Source of the DNA: an uncultured Bacteroidales bacterium
Lineage (GTDB): Bacteria > Bacteroidota > Bacteroidia > Bacteroidales > F082
Direction of reading: 5' to 3'
DNA: 64,000 nt
NCBI GenBank assembly: GCA_937896505.1
Contig: CALBNP010000136.1
Span: forward strand, 11,338-75,337
Position 1 is the stretch's first letter; each line of letters begins with the position of its first letter. Shown piece by piece: positions 16,367 through 24,866 of this stretch. The position numbers and the translations under genes were made by a program. The notes under the pieces are model-generated. The model saw nothing but the letters and a program-made list of their open reading frames with translations. It was not told the origin of the DNA and did no database searches.

Positions 16367-17530
16367 CTAAAAAAATGAGAATGAGTCTGCAAATCGAATG
16401 AGGTTGTCAATGCCTTGCGTCAGGACTTCTTTCGGCTGCGCGATGTTGATGCGTATGTAATTGTTCCATTCTTGGCCGAAATGCATGCCTGGGATGACGC
16501 CGGTTTGCGTGTTTTCGTAGAGCGCAAGACCGAAACGCAGGCCGTCGTTCCATTTTTCGGGCAATTTCGCCCAAATGAAATAGCCACCGTCGTTTTGCGG
16601 ACAATCGAATCCTGCCTTCGCAAGCCGTTGATTGGCAAAATCATAGTTTTCAATAATGGTGTTCCTCAATTCATTAATACAAGTCTCCGATTCAGGCAAA
16701 TCAAGGAATTCGGCAATGGCTTGCTGCTGTGGCGCGGCAGATGATAGTCCGATGTAATCGTGGATGAAACTGATTTGTGAAAAATGTTTTTCGTGGAAAA
16801 GAAAATAACCCACGCGCCAGCCTGTTATGGAAAATTTCTTCGAGAAACTGTTGACATAGAACACGTTGGGCGTAATTCGGTCAATAGGGTAGTAAGGGCG
16901 CTCTCCGTTGAAATATAATTCACTGTAAACGGAGTCTATAATCAGATATGAGCCGAACTCTTCGCACAAATCAATGAGGTAATTCAGTTTCTCCCTGCTG
17001 ATGGTCTTGCCGTAAGGGTTGCCGGGCGAAGCAATGAAAATCAGGTTTATCTTGTTGCTGATAAAGAATTTGCGGAAATCGTCGTCATCGAAATAATTGT
17101 TCGGATTGACTTTATAGGTGCAATATTTGTTGCCGAAAATACGCGGCAGGTTGCTGTACGATTCGTAGGCGGGCGAGAAACTCATGGCGGTGAAATCCTT
17201 GCCGTGAATTGATTGCAAATAGGTGTAAATCAGCGAGACGGCTTCGGTAGCACCGCTGGTAATGAAAATCTTGGTGGAGTCGGCACGTTGCGCATATTTC
17301 TTGTCCAATTGCTGTAGCAAAAGGTGATTGCCGCAGCCAGGAGCGTATTGGTGAACGTTGGTGCGGCTGATGACATCGGCGAAAATCTCCAATAGTTTCT
17401 CGGGTGGACGAAATCCGGGAATGCCTTGCGCAAGGTTCACGCCGCCTTTGAGTTTTATCATGTTGCTGAAATAGCTGATCATCGAACCGGTGATGACCGG
17501 CAACTGCGTTTTGGTGTCGAGATAACTCAT
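16367..17530 (-). CDS. Class I/II PLP-dependent aminotransferase (YbdL/methionine aminotransferase-like)
   Basis: NLAQGIPGFRPP, YAPGCGN, ASPGNPYG, SFSKKFSITGWRVGY (PLP lysine motif). Confidence 0.85.
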   Translation of the reverse strand: MSYLDTKTQLPVITGSMISYFSNMIKLKGGVNLAQGIPGFRPPEKLLEIFADVISRTNVHQYAPGCGNHLLLQQLDKKYAQRADSTKIFITSGATEAVSLIYTYLQSIHGKDFTAMSFSPAYESYSNLPRIFGNKYCTYKVNPNNYFDDDDFRKFFISNKINLIFIASPGNPYGKTISREKLNYLIDLCEEFGSYLIIDSVYSELYFNGERPYYPIDRITPNVFYVNSFSKKFSITGWRVGYFLFHEKHFSQISFIHDYIGLSSAAPQQQAIAEFLDLPESETCINELRNTIIENYDFANQRLAKAGFDCPQNDGGYFIWAKLPEKWNDGLRFGLALYENTQTGVIPGMHFGQEWNNYIRINIAQPKEVLTQGIDNLIRFADSFSFF

Positions 17531-17654
17531 AAAATGAAATGCTTATGTCGGGCAAAATTAGCAAAAATAGTTTGGAGTATGTCGTCTCAAATGTGGCCGA
17601 TGAATTAAAACTAAAATAATTGTCTGAATCAGTAAAAGTTACGAAAAAGTTTTG

Positions 17655-17662
17655 TATCTTTG
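17655..17662 (+). promoter_or_regulatory. Candidate -7 box (TATCTTTG) for rpsA, implying a ~125-nt leader
   Basis: TAnnTTTG match followed by GCAA. The leader contains the hairpin GAACCAC...GTGGTTC. Confidence 0.4.
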
Positions 17663-17790
17663 CAACCCGAAATGAACCACAGTCCGGAATGATGGCAAAC
17701 ATCAGTGGTTCAATGAGATAAAATAAGTTTAACCTCCTCGCGGAGTGGCGTCCGGAACACAACGCGGGTACAATCTTTTACAAAATTAAT

Positions 17791-19674
17791 ATGGCAGAAA
17801 ACGAAAACATCATCAACGAGGCTATGCCAGCAGAAGAAAAGCCAGTTGAAAAAGCCCCTAAGGCTCCTAAGCAAAAACCAGTTCCAGCAGCAGATTTCGA
17901 CTGGTCATCCTCACACAAGAAGTTCGACAACTACTCAGACGACGAGCGCGCTAAGCTCGAAGAAAAGTATGCCGGCACAATGAACCAAGTCGTCGATCAC
18001 GACGTCATCGAAGGTACCATCGTCGCCATCACTTCACGCGAAGTGGTTGTCAACATTGGCTTCAAGTCAGATGGTGTTATTCCGTCAGCAGAATTCCGTA
18101 CCGAACCTAACATCAAGGTTGGCGACAAGGTAGAGGTTTACGTTGAAAACCAAGAAGGTGTCAACGGCCAACTCGTGCTTTCACACAAGAAGGCTCGCCT
18201 CCTCAAGTCATGGGATCGCGTCAACGCAGCTTTCGAAAGCGGCGAAATCGTCAATGGTCTTGTCAAGAGCCGCACCAAGGGCGGTCTCATCGTCGATGTG
18301 TTTGGCCTCGAAGCCTTCCTTCCTGGCTCACAAATCGATGTCAAGCCTATCCGCGACTACGACGTATTCGTTGACAGCGTGATGGAATTCAAAGTCGTGA
18401 AGATCAACCAGGAATTCAAGAACGTGGTTGTCTCTCACAAAGCCCTCATCGAAGATGAACTCGAAGCCCAGAAGGCTGAAATCATCGGCAAGCTCGAAAA
18501 GGGTCAAGTCCTCGAAGGCGTGGTCAAGAACATCACCTCCTACGGCGTGTTCATCGACCTCGGTGGCGTTGATGGTCTCATCCACATCACCGACCTCAGC
18601 TGGGGCCGCATCAACCACCCAGAAGAAGTCGTCACCTTGGACGAAAAGATCAAGGTCGTCATCCTCGACTTCGACGACAACAAGAAGCGTATCGCCCTCG
18701 GCCTCAAGCAACTCACCCCACATCCATGGGAAGCTCTCGATGCTAACCTCAACGTTGGCGACACCGTTAAGGGTAAGGTCGTCGTCGTTGCCGATTACGG
18801 CGCATTCGTCGAAATCGCTCCTGGCGTTGAAGGCCTCATCCACGTTTCGGAAATGTCGTGGTCACAACACCTCCGCACCGCTCAGGACTTCCTGAAGGTT
18901 GGCGACGAAGTGGAAGCCAAGATTTTGACTCTCGACCGCGAAGAACGCAAGATGTCACTCGGCATGAAGCAACTCATGCCAGACCCATGGGCAAGCATCG
19001 CCGAACGTTATGCTATCGGTACCAAGCACACCGCTACCGTGCGTAACTTCACCAACTTCGGCATCTTCGTCGAACTCGAAGAAGGCGTCGATGGCCTGAT
19101 CCACATCAGCGACCTCAGCTGGTCGAAGAAGATCAAGCACCCGGCTGAATTCACTAAGGTTGGCGAAACCATCGAAGTCGTCGTCCTCGACGTCGATCAA
19201 GAAAACCGTCGCCTCAGCCTCGGCCACAAGCAACTCGAAGAAAATCCTTGGGATGTGTTTGAAACCGTGTTCACCGTCGGTTCGATGCAACAAGGCACCG
19301 TCATCAACGCTTCTGACAAGGGCGTTCTCGTCTCATTGCAATATGGCGTCGAAGGCTTCTGCCCAAGCCGCTACAGCAAGAAGGAAGATGGCAGCAACGC
19401 TAAGGTTGACGACACCCTCGAATTCAAGGTTCTTGAGTTCAACAAGGAATCGAAGAAGATCATCCTTGCTCTTCCACGCCCAGCAGCAGCCGAAGAGAAA
19501 GAAGCTCCTAAGTCAGCAGAAGAAAAGGCAGCCGACAAGGCCGCTAAGCAAGCCAAACGCGCTGTGAAACAAATCAATGACACCATTGAACGCAGCACCC
19601 TCGGCGACCTCGACATCCTCGCTGGCCTGAAGGAAAACCTCGAAAAGGAAGAACAAGCCGCTAAAGGCGAATAA
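17791..19674 (+). CDS. rpsA: 30S ribosomal protein S1
   Basis: Six S1 repeats (e.g. GTIVAITSREVVVNIGFKSDG, GLVKSRTKGGLIVDVFGLEAFLPGSQI, GVVKNITSYGVFIDLGGVDGLIHITDLSW). Confidence 0.97.
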   Translation: MAENENIINEAMPAEEKPVEKAPKAPKQKPVPAADFDWSSSHKKFDNYSDDERAKLEEKYAGTMNQVVDHDVIEGTIVAITSREVVVNIGFKSDGVIPSAEFRTEPNIKVGDKVEVYVENQEGVNGQLVLSHKKARLLKSWDRVNAAFESGEIVNGLVKSRTKGGLIVDVFGLEAFLPGSQIDVKPIRDYDVFVDSVMEFKVVKINQEFKNVVVSHKALIEDELEAQKAEIIGKLEKGQVLEGVVKNITSYGVFIDLGGVDGLIHITDLSWGRINHPEEVVTLDEKIKVVILDFDDNKKRIALGLKQLTPHPWEALDANLNVGDTVKGKVVVVADYGAFVEIAPGVEGLIHVSEMSWSQHLRTAQDFLKVGDEVEAKILTLDREERKMSLGMKQLMPDPWASIAERYAIGTKHTATVRNFTNFGIFVELEEGVDGLIHISDLSWSKKIKHPAEFTKVGETIEVVVLDVDQENRRLSLGHKQLEENPWDVFETVFTVGSMQQGTVINASDKGVLVSLQYGVEGFCPSRYSKKEDGSNAKVDDTLEFKVLEFNKESKKIILALPRPAAAEEKEAPKSAEEKAADKAAKQAKRAVKQINDTIERSTLGDLDILAGLKENLEKEEQAAKGE

Positions 19675-19696
19675 TCATCCTTGACGATAAATCAGG

Positions 19697-19727
19697 AAAC
19701 CGCTTCCGTTTGGAGGCGGTTTTTTTT
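19697..19727 (+). terminator. Rho-independent terminator after rpsA
   Basis: AAACCGCTTCC-GTTT-GGAGGCGGTTT stem-loop followed by a T7 run. Confidence 0.8.
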
Positions 19728-19728
19728 A

Positions 19729-19736
19729 TACCTTTG
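19729..19736 (+). promoter_or_regulatory. Candidate -7 box (TACCTTTG)
   Basis: TAnnTTTG 18 nt upstream of ATG 19755. Confidence 0.4.
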
Positions 19737-19754
19737 CCACGTAATTGACACGAC

Positions 19755-19979
19755 ATGAAAACGCAACGAATCATTTTCGAACTCCGTGAAGGCGACGAGT
19801 TCATCCCGCTCATCCAACTGCTGAAAGCCGCTGGCGTGGTCGATACGGGCAGCGAAGCGCAAGAAGTGGTGACCGCCGGCCTCGTGCTGCGCAATGGAGA
19901 GGTTGAAACACGCAAACGCGCCAAGATAACCACTGGAGAAATAATCCAACTGCAAAACATTGAAATCGAAGTAAAATAA
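19755..19979 (+). CDS. S4-domain RNA-binding protein (YbcJ-like)
   Basis: 74 aa; IPLIQLLKAAGVVDTGSEAQEVVTAGLVLRNGEVETRKRAKI. The stop overlaps the next ATG (TAATG). Confidence 0.75.
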   Translation: MKTQRIIFELREGDEFIPLIQLLKAAGVVDTGSEAQEVVTAGLVLRNGEVETRKRAKITTGEIIQLQNIEIEVK

Positions 19980-21058
19980 TGGAAACGAATACTTTACATA
20001 CACTTCTCGATGTGGTTTCGCATTTCGTGGAACGAAACCAGGTAGCCGAAATCACTCCGTTGGGAAATGGCTTGATTAACGACACCTTCAAGGTGATGGT
20101 GCATGGCGACGAGAAGCCCCGCTATGTGCTGCAACGCATCAACAATGCGGTCTTCACCGATGTGGAAATGCTGCAACGTAACATCGAATTGGTGACTGGT
20201 CACCTGCGCTCGAAAGGCATCCTGACCTTGCATTTTCTGACAGCCGACACGGGTAAGACCTACATAAAGGAAGATGACAAGTATTGGCGCGTAATGGATT
20301 ACATTCCTGATAGTTACACCTACGAGGCTATGACTCCGGAATATGCACGTTGTGCAGGACGGAAGTTCGGCGAATTTGAAGCCCAACTCACCGACTTGAA
20401 GGAACCCATCGGTGAAATCATTCCCGATTTCCACAACATCGAATTCCGTTTGCGTCAGCTCGACGAAGCCATCGCTGCCAATCCTGTTGGCCGCATGAAC
20501 AATCCGGAAGTGCAGTCGTATGTCGAAAAGATTAAGGCTGTTGCCGACGAAATGTGCATAGGAGAGAGGCTCTATCGTGAAGGCAAGTTGCCGAAACGCA
20601 TCTGCCATTGCGACACCAAGGTGAACAACATGCTTTTCGACAAGGATGGTAATGTAATGTGTATCATCGATTTGGATACCATCATGCCGAGTTTCGTCTT
20701 CTCCGACTTTGGCGATTTCTTGCGCTCGGCAGCCAATACGGGTGCCGAAGACGACCCCGATTTGGACAACGTGCATTTCGACATGTCCATTTTCGAGGCT
20801 TTTGCGCAAGGCTATCTCGAAGGCGCCAAGTCGTTCTTGCTTCCCGTTGAAATCGAGCACCTTCCGTATGCCGCCATGCTGTTTCCTTACATGCAAGCCG
20901 TGCGTTTCTTCGCCGATTACATCAATAGCGACACCTATTATAAAATAAGGTATCCCGAACACAACATGGTTCGTACCCGTGCACAATGGAAACTCTTCGA
21001 AGAAGCCAAAGCCAAAAGTGGTGAAATGGCTGAGATTGTTAAGCGTTTTGCACTTTAA
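19979..21058 (+). CDS. Aminoglycoside-phosphotransferase-fold kinase (APH/NahK-like)
   Basis: GNGLINDTFKV near the N-terminus, catalytic loop HCDTKVNNMLF, metal-binding IIDLDT. Confidence 0.75.
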   Translation: METNTLHTLLDVVSHFVERNQVAEITPLGNGLINDTFKVMVHGDEKPRYVLQRINNAVFTDVEMLQRNIELVTGHLRSKGILTLHFLTADTGKTYIKEDDKYWRVMDYIPDSYTYEAMTPEYARCAGRKFGEFEAQLTDLKEPIGEIIPDFHNIEFRLRQLDEAIAANPVGRMNNPEVQSYVEKIKAVADEMCIGERLYREGKLPKRICHCDTKVNNMLFDKDGNVMCIIDLDTIMPSFVFSDFGDFLRSAANTGAEDDPDLDNVHFDMSIFEAFAQGYLEGAKSFLLPVEIEHLPYAAMLFPYMQAVRFFADYINSDTYYKIRYPEHNMVRTRAQWKLFEEAKAKSGEMAEIVKRFAL

Positions 21059-21150
21059 ATAAAGGCGATTATTTACTATTTGACCCAGAAGCATATCATG
21101 TTAGTTAGCAAGTTATGTTGAACATTGACGAACTAGTTAGATTTAAGGAA

Positions 21151-21357
21151 AGATTTATGTCAAGATTTATCATGGATTCAAGCGTAGCGCCTTGATAAAC
21201 ATTCATATTCAATTTACGAAAAGATTTATCACTGATTTTGGCAGGATTTTGTAAATCCAATCGAAAATCCTTGATAAATCAAGCAAAAAGGATTTTTACG
21301 ATATGAAACAAGGCGTCACTTCGTTCCTTGAATCCGTGATAAATCCTTTATAAATCT
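21151..21357. repeat. ~207-bp nested imperfect palindrome rich in GATTTATC/GATAAATC
   Basis: Arm pairings: 21151-58/21350-57 (8 bp); 21164-82/21327-45 (19 bp, one G-U); 21188-94/21309-15 (7 bp); 21202-08/21301-07 (7 bp); 21223-39/21264-80 (15 of 17); central hairpin GGATTT-TGT-AAATCC at 21244-58. Confidence 0.85.
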
Positions 21358-21403
21358 GATGATAAAAGGTCTAATTGTATATAGTTGCCTTGTTTTTTTT
21401 GAT

Positions 21404-21961
21404 TTACACTATCTTCACATCAAAAACAGCGACCAGTCCAGGAAGGTTTTGAAGAGAGAATTTAGCCTTTTTCATCCGGTTGTCGTTGGGATTGATGATG
21501 AAGTTGAAGGCCGTGCTGAAATCGGTTTCTTCGAGGTTGCAATGTGAAATTATGGTGCGGTCGAGGTTGCAATCGGCAAATTGGGCTTTCTTCAAGTTGC
21601 AAGTCGTGAAGTCGGCTTCGGTCAGCTGGCATTTTGAAAACGAAAATCCTTGCAGGTTAAGTCCTTGAAATGAAACATATTGCATGAGGCATTCGCTAAA
21701 TTTTGCGCTGAAGGTGAATTTGTTGGCGTGGCTGAAGTTGGCTCCCGTAAGTTTGCATTGCTCGAAACTGACCTTGTTCCAAGAAGTACCGTTCGATTTG
21801 CAAAGGCTCAGGTTGCAAGCCACAAACCGACATTCCTCAAAATTGGTTTTCTGAAATAATATTTCTGTGAAGTCGCAATGCTCGAAAGTGCAGTGATAGT
21901 ATTCTTCTTCAAGTTCTATAACTCTGAAATCCAATTCTTTATAGGTCTTATTCTCTTTCAT
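21404..21961 (-). CDS. Pentapeptide-repeat protein
   Basis: Runs such as CDFTEILFQKTNFEECRFVACNLSLCKSNGTSWNKVSFEQCKLTGANFSHANKF. Confidence 0.85.
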   Translation of the reverse strand: MKENKTYKELDFRVIELEEEYYHCTFEHCDFTEILFQKTNFEECRFVACNLSLCKSNGTSWNKVSFEQCKLTGANFSHANKFTFSAKFSECLMQYVSFQGLNLQGFSFSKCQLTEADFTTCNLKKAQFADCNLDRTIISHCNLEETDFSTAFNFIINPNDNRMKKAKFSLQNLPGLVAVFDVKIV

Positions 21962-22740
21962 TGCAAAAACAGATTGATTTGGCTGGCCTTGATTTTCTTG
22001 GCGATAATGCGCTTTTGGCTATCAAGCACAAATATAATAGGTGTGGATTCGATGTCGTAGAGTTCAAACAGGTCGCTTTCGCTGTCTTTTGCGCTGATAT
22101 TGATGAAGTTGGCATCGGCAACTTGCGAATCGGGATGCGTATCGACAGCAACGATGGTGGTCTCGGGCAAAGCCGATTTCTTTAGTTCGCCGATTTCTTC
22201 GTTGCAGACGGAGCAGTCGTGGTCGAAGAAAACGAGCACCACATATCGGCTTCCGATTTCGTGCAAGTCGAAAGGTTGCCCATTAATGTCCTTGCCCTTG
22301 AAATCAGGCGCAATTTGGTTGATTTGCAATCGACGTAACCTTTCGGCCTTGTCGGCAATCATCGCAAGGTTTTCTTCTTTCAAGTCTTTGATTTCCAGCT
22401 TTGAAAAGTAATTGTCATAAAGATAGATGAAAACTTGGTCTTGCGTCATATACTCTGGATTTTGGTAACGTTCCAGCAGGTGCCAAAGGATGAAATCGCG
22501 AAGTTCGGTGCTTATGTTTCGTGCAAGAAGCCAGTCGATTTCGGTGCAGATAGAGTCGGGGAGGGGCGGCACCAACGAATCGAAATAATAGTCGATTTGC
22601 CGCTCCATCAAGGGATTGCGGTCGGTTGGACCGTCGAAATCCTCGATGCCGTCCCAGAAATGGTTCGCTTGTGCATGGCCTTGAATCGAAGCATACGCAA
22701 GGAAACATAAAAGCAGATATTTGATGAATCTTGTCTTCAC
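21958..22740 (-). CDS. Thioredoxin-fold (TlpA/redoxin-like) secreted protein
   Basis: Signal peptide MKTRFIKYLLLCFLAYASIQGHAQ; C-terminal VVLVFFDHDCSVCNEE thioredoxin-like CxxC. Its stop overlaps the start codon of the downstream pentapeptide-repeat gene (ATGA). Confidence 0.7.
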   Translation of the reverse strand: MKTRFIKYLLLCFLAYASIQGHAQANHFWDGIEDFDGPTDRNPLMERQIDYYFDSLVPPLPDSICTEIDWLLARNISTELRDFILWHLLERYQNPEYMTQDQVFIYLYDNYFSKLEIKDLKEENLAMIADKAERLRRLQINQIAPDFKGKDINGQPFDLHEIGSRYVVLVFFDHDCSVCNEEIGELKKSALPETTIVAVDTHPDSQVADANFINISAKDSESDLFELYDIESTPIIFVLDSQKRIIAKKIKASQINLFLQ

Positions 22741-22764
22741 GGCTGCAAAAATAACAACAATCCG

Positions 22765-22772
22765 TATATTTG
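22765..22772 (+). promoter_or_regulatory. Candidate -7 box (TATATTTG)
   Basis: TAnnTTTG 19 nt upstream of ATG 22792. Confidence 0.45.
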
Positions 22773-22791
22773 CAGTCTAAAATCATTTCAA

Positions 22792-23823
22792 ATGAAACGA
22801 TATTTGCTTATCACTTTGTCCATGATGGCTTTTGCCTTGATGCTGCCGGCGCAAAACTCGCGAAGCATCCGTGTGGCATTCTGGAACATGGAGAATTTCT
22901 TCGACCCTTTTGTGGATAGCACACGCGCCTACAACGAGTTCACGCCCGAGGGGATGCAACATTGGACCAAGTCGCGTTTCTACACCAAGCGCAACAACAT
23001 GTATAAGGCCATTCTCGCGATGTCGGAGAACCATCCCATCGGCATTTTCGGACTTTGCGAAGTGGAGAACGAATATGTGCTGAACTCGCTTTTTGCTCTG
23101 ACGCCGCTTAAGAAGCACAACTACCGCTGGGTGCATTACGAAGGTCCCGACCGTCGTGGCATCGACCCGGCCATCGTTTATTCCAAAGACTGGTTCACCT
23201 TGGTGGAAAGCGCCCCCATACCTTATTATAATCCTGAGGACACGGCCTATCACTCGCGCGATATTCTTTATGCGAAATTCATTGACAACGAGGATGATAC
23301 AATTCACGTTTTCGTCAACCACTGGCCATCTCGCTACAGTGGCGAGCTGGAAACGGTAGGTTCAAGGGCATGTTCGGCAGCCATCTTGCGTGCGAAGGTG
23401 GATTCCATTTGCCAGGCTATGCCCGAAGGCTATCACGCCAAAATCATCATGATGGGCGACTTGAACGACTGCCCGACCGACCCGTCGGTGCATGATGTGC
23501 TGAAAGCACGAAAAGCATCTGAATATGAAGATGGTATGCTGTATAACCTATTCGCCGAAAATGAAGGACTGGGGTTTGAAGGCACGTTGAAGCACCAAGC
23601 CGATTGGCAGATTTTCGACCAAATTATCGTCACGCCAGCTGTGATTGACGACAAGTCGGGACTGCATTTCAAGGAAGGCTCGGCACGCATATTCTGGATG
23701 GATTTCATGCTCGAAGACGACGACACCTATCACGGCAAGAAACTGTTCAGAACCTACATCGGTCCGCGCTATTTCGGAGGTTTCAGTGACCATCTGCCCG
23801 TTTTTATCGATTTAAGCAAGTAA
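22792..23823 (+). CDS. Endonuclease/exonuclease/phosphatase (EEP) family protein, secreted
   Basis: Signal peptide; IRVAFWNMENFFD, GLCEVEN, MGDLND, SDHLPV. Confidence 0.85.
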   Translation: MKRYLLITLSMMAFALMLPAQNSRSIRVAFWNMENFFDPFVDSTRAYNEFTPEGMQHWTKSRFYTKRNNMYKAILAMSENHPIGIFGLCEVENEYVLNSLFALTPLKKHNYRWVHYEGPDRRGIDPAIVYSKDWFTLVESAPIPYYNPEDTAYHSRDILYAKFIDNEDDTIHVFVNHWPSRYSGELETVGSRACSAAILRAKVDSICQAMPEGYHAKIIMMGDLNDCPTDPSVHDVLKARKASEYEDGMLYNLFAENEGLGFEGTLKHQADWQIFDQIIVTPAVIDDKSGLHFKEGSARIFWMDFMLEDDDTYHGKKLFRTYIGPRYFGGFSDHLPVFIDLSK

Positions 23824-23840
23824 CATCGGCCTTATTTTCC

Positions 23841-23848
23841 TATTTTTG
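23841..23848 (+). promoter_or_regulatory. Candidate -7 box (TATTTTTG)
   Basis: TAnnTTTG 22 nt upstream of ATG 23871. Confidence 0.45.
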
Positions 23849-23870
23849 CGGCTGCAAATCGCAAACAATC

Positions 23871-24776
23871 ATGTGGGTCATTTTATCGCTGACTTCAGCC
23901 TTTCTCTTAGGCTTTTACGACATTTTCAAAAAGAAATCGGTCACGGCTAATGCCATTGCACCCGTGCTGTTTTATAGCACCATGGTCAGTGCCCTCATTT
24001 TCATACCTATCATTCTGATTTCCAAGTTCAATCCATCTGCTTTGTCAGATGGTATCCTTGCGCATTTCATGGTGGAGGATATTCCATTGAAGAGTCATTT
24101 GCTTATTCTTGGCAAGACCCTTATGGTGTTGTGTTCGTGGATGTTCAGTTACACGGCGATGAAAAATCTGCCTATCACCGTCGTCGGGCCAGTCAATCAG
24201 CTGCGGCCAGCCATATCGTTGATTTTACTGCTAATTGTGTTTCAAGAACACTTGACTGCAAATCAATGGATTGGAGTTGTTTTGGCTATCATTTCCTTCT
24301 ATCTGATGAATCGGTCGGGCAAGAAGGAAGGCATCCAGTTCAAGTCGAACAAATGGGTATTCATGCTGTTGGCTTCGGCTTTCATCGTGGCTTTCAGCGG
24401 CATTTACGACAAATATCTTCTCAGCAAGCAGCAGATTTCGCCCGTCACCGTGCAGGCATGGTATGCGATTTACCAATTTTTGCTCATGTTCCTTTTCATG
24501 GCTGTGGTGTGGTGGCGCCGCCGCAGGGAGCATCCATTCGAGTGGCGTTGGAGCATCATCGTCATGGCCATATTTGTATCGGTGGCCGACTGCATTTATC
24601 TTTCAGGACTTGATCAAGAAGCCGCTGTTATCGTACTTATTCCATTGATTCTGAATGGAGTGAGATTGATTATTTCATTTACGTATGGTGCCTTGTGCTT
24701 CAAGGAGAAGAACATCCGCAGCAAGATTATCCCATTGATGATGGTCTTGGCCGCTCTGGTGTTTATGTGCATCTAA
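23871..24776 (+). CDS. EamA/DMT-family membrane transporter
   Basis: ~10 predicted hydrophobic helices in two halves; typical 300-aa DMT layout. Confidence 0.65.
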   Translation: MWVILSLTSAFLLGFYDIFKKKSVTANAIAPVLFYSTMVSALIFIPIILISKFNPSALSDGILAHFMVEDIPLKSHLLILGKTLMVLCSWMFSYTAMKNLPITVVGPVNQLRPAISLILLLIVFQEHLTANQWIGVVLAIISFYLMNRSGKKEGIQFKSNKWVFMLLASAFIVAFSGIYDKYLLSKQQISPVTVQAWYAIYQFLLMFLFMAVVWWRRRREHPFEWRWSIIVMAIFVSVADCIYLSGLDQEAAVIVLIPLILNGVRLIISFTYGALCFKEKNIRSKIIPLMMVLAALVFMCI

Positions 24777-24830
24777 GAATGTTTTTTTTACATTTCGCAA
24801 ATAAAAAATTTGACTTTAACGAAAAAGTCC

Positions 24831-24838
24831 TATTTTTG
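24831..24838 (+). promoter_or_regulatory. Candidate -7 box (TATTTTTG)
   Basis: TAnnTTTG 28 nt upstream of ATG 24867. Confidence 0.45.
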
Positions 24839-24866
24839 TCGGATTATTGAACGAGCATTCTATCTT

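Noticed and set aside
17663-17790. SRP (4.5S) RNA-like strings GUCCGGAA in the rpsA leader (17692-17699 and 17751-17758).
   Set aside because: The flanking bases do not form the conserved domain IV helix: no GGAA tetraloop closure and no symmetric-loop partners. Position and length fit an ordinary, possibly autoregulatory, S1 leader.
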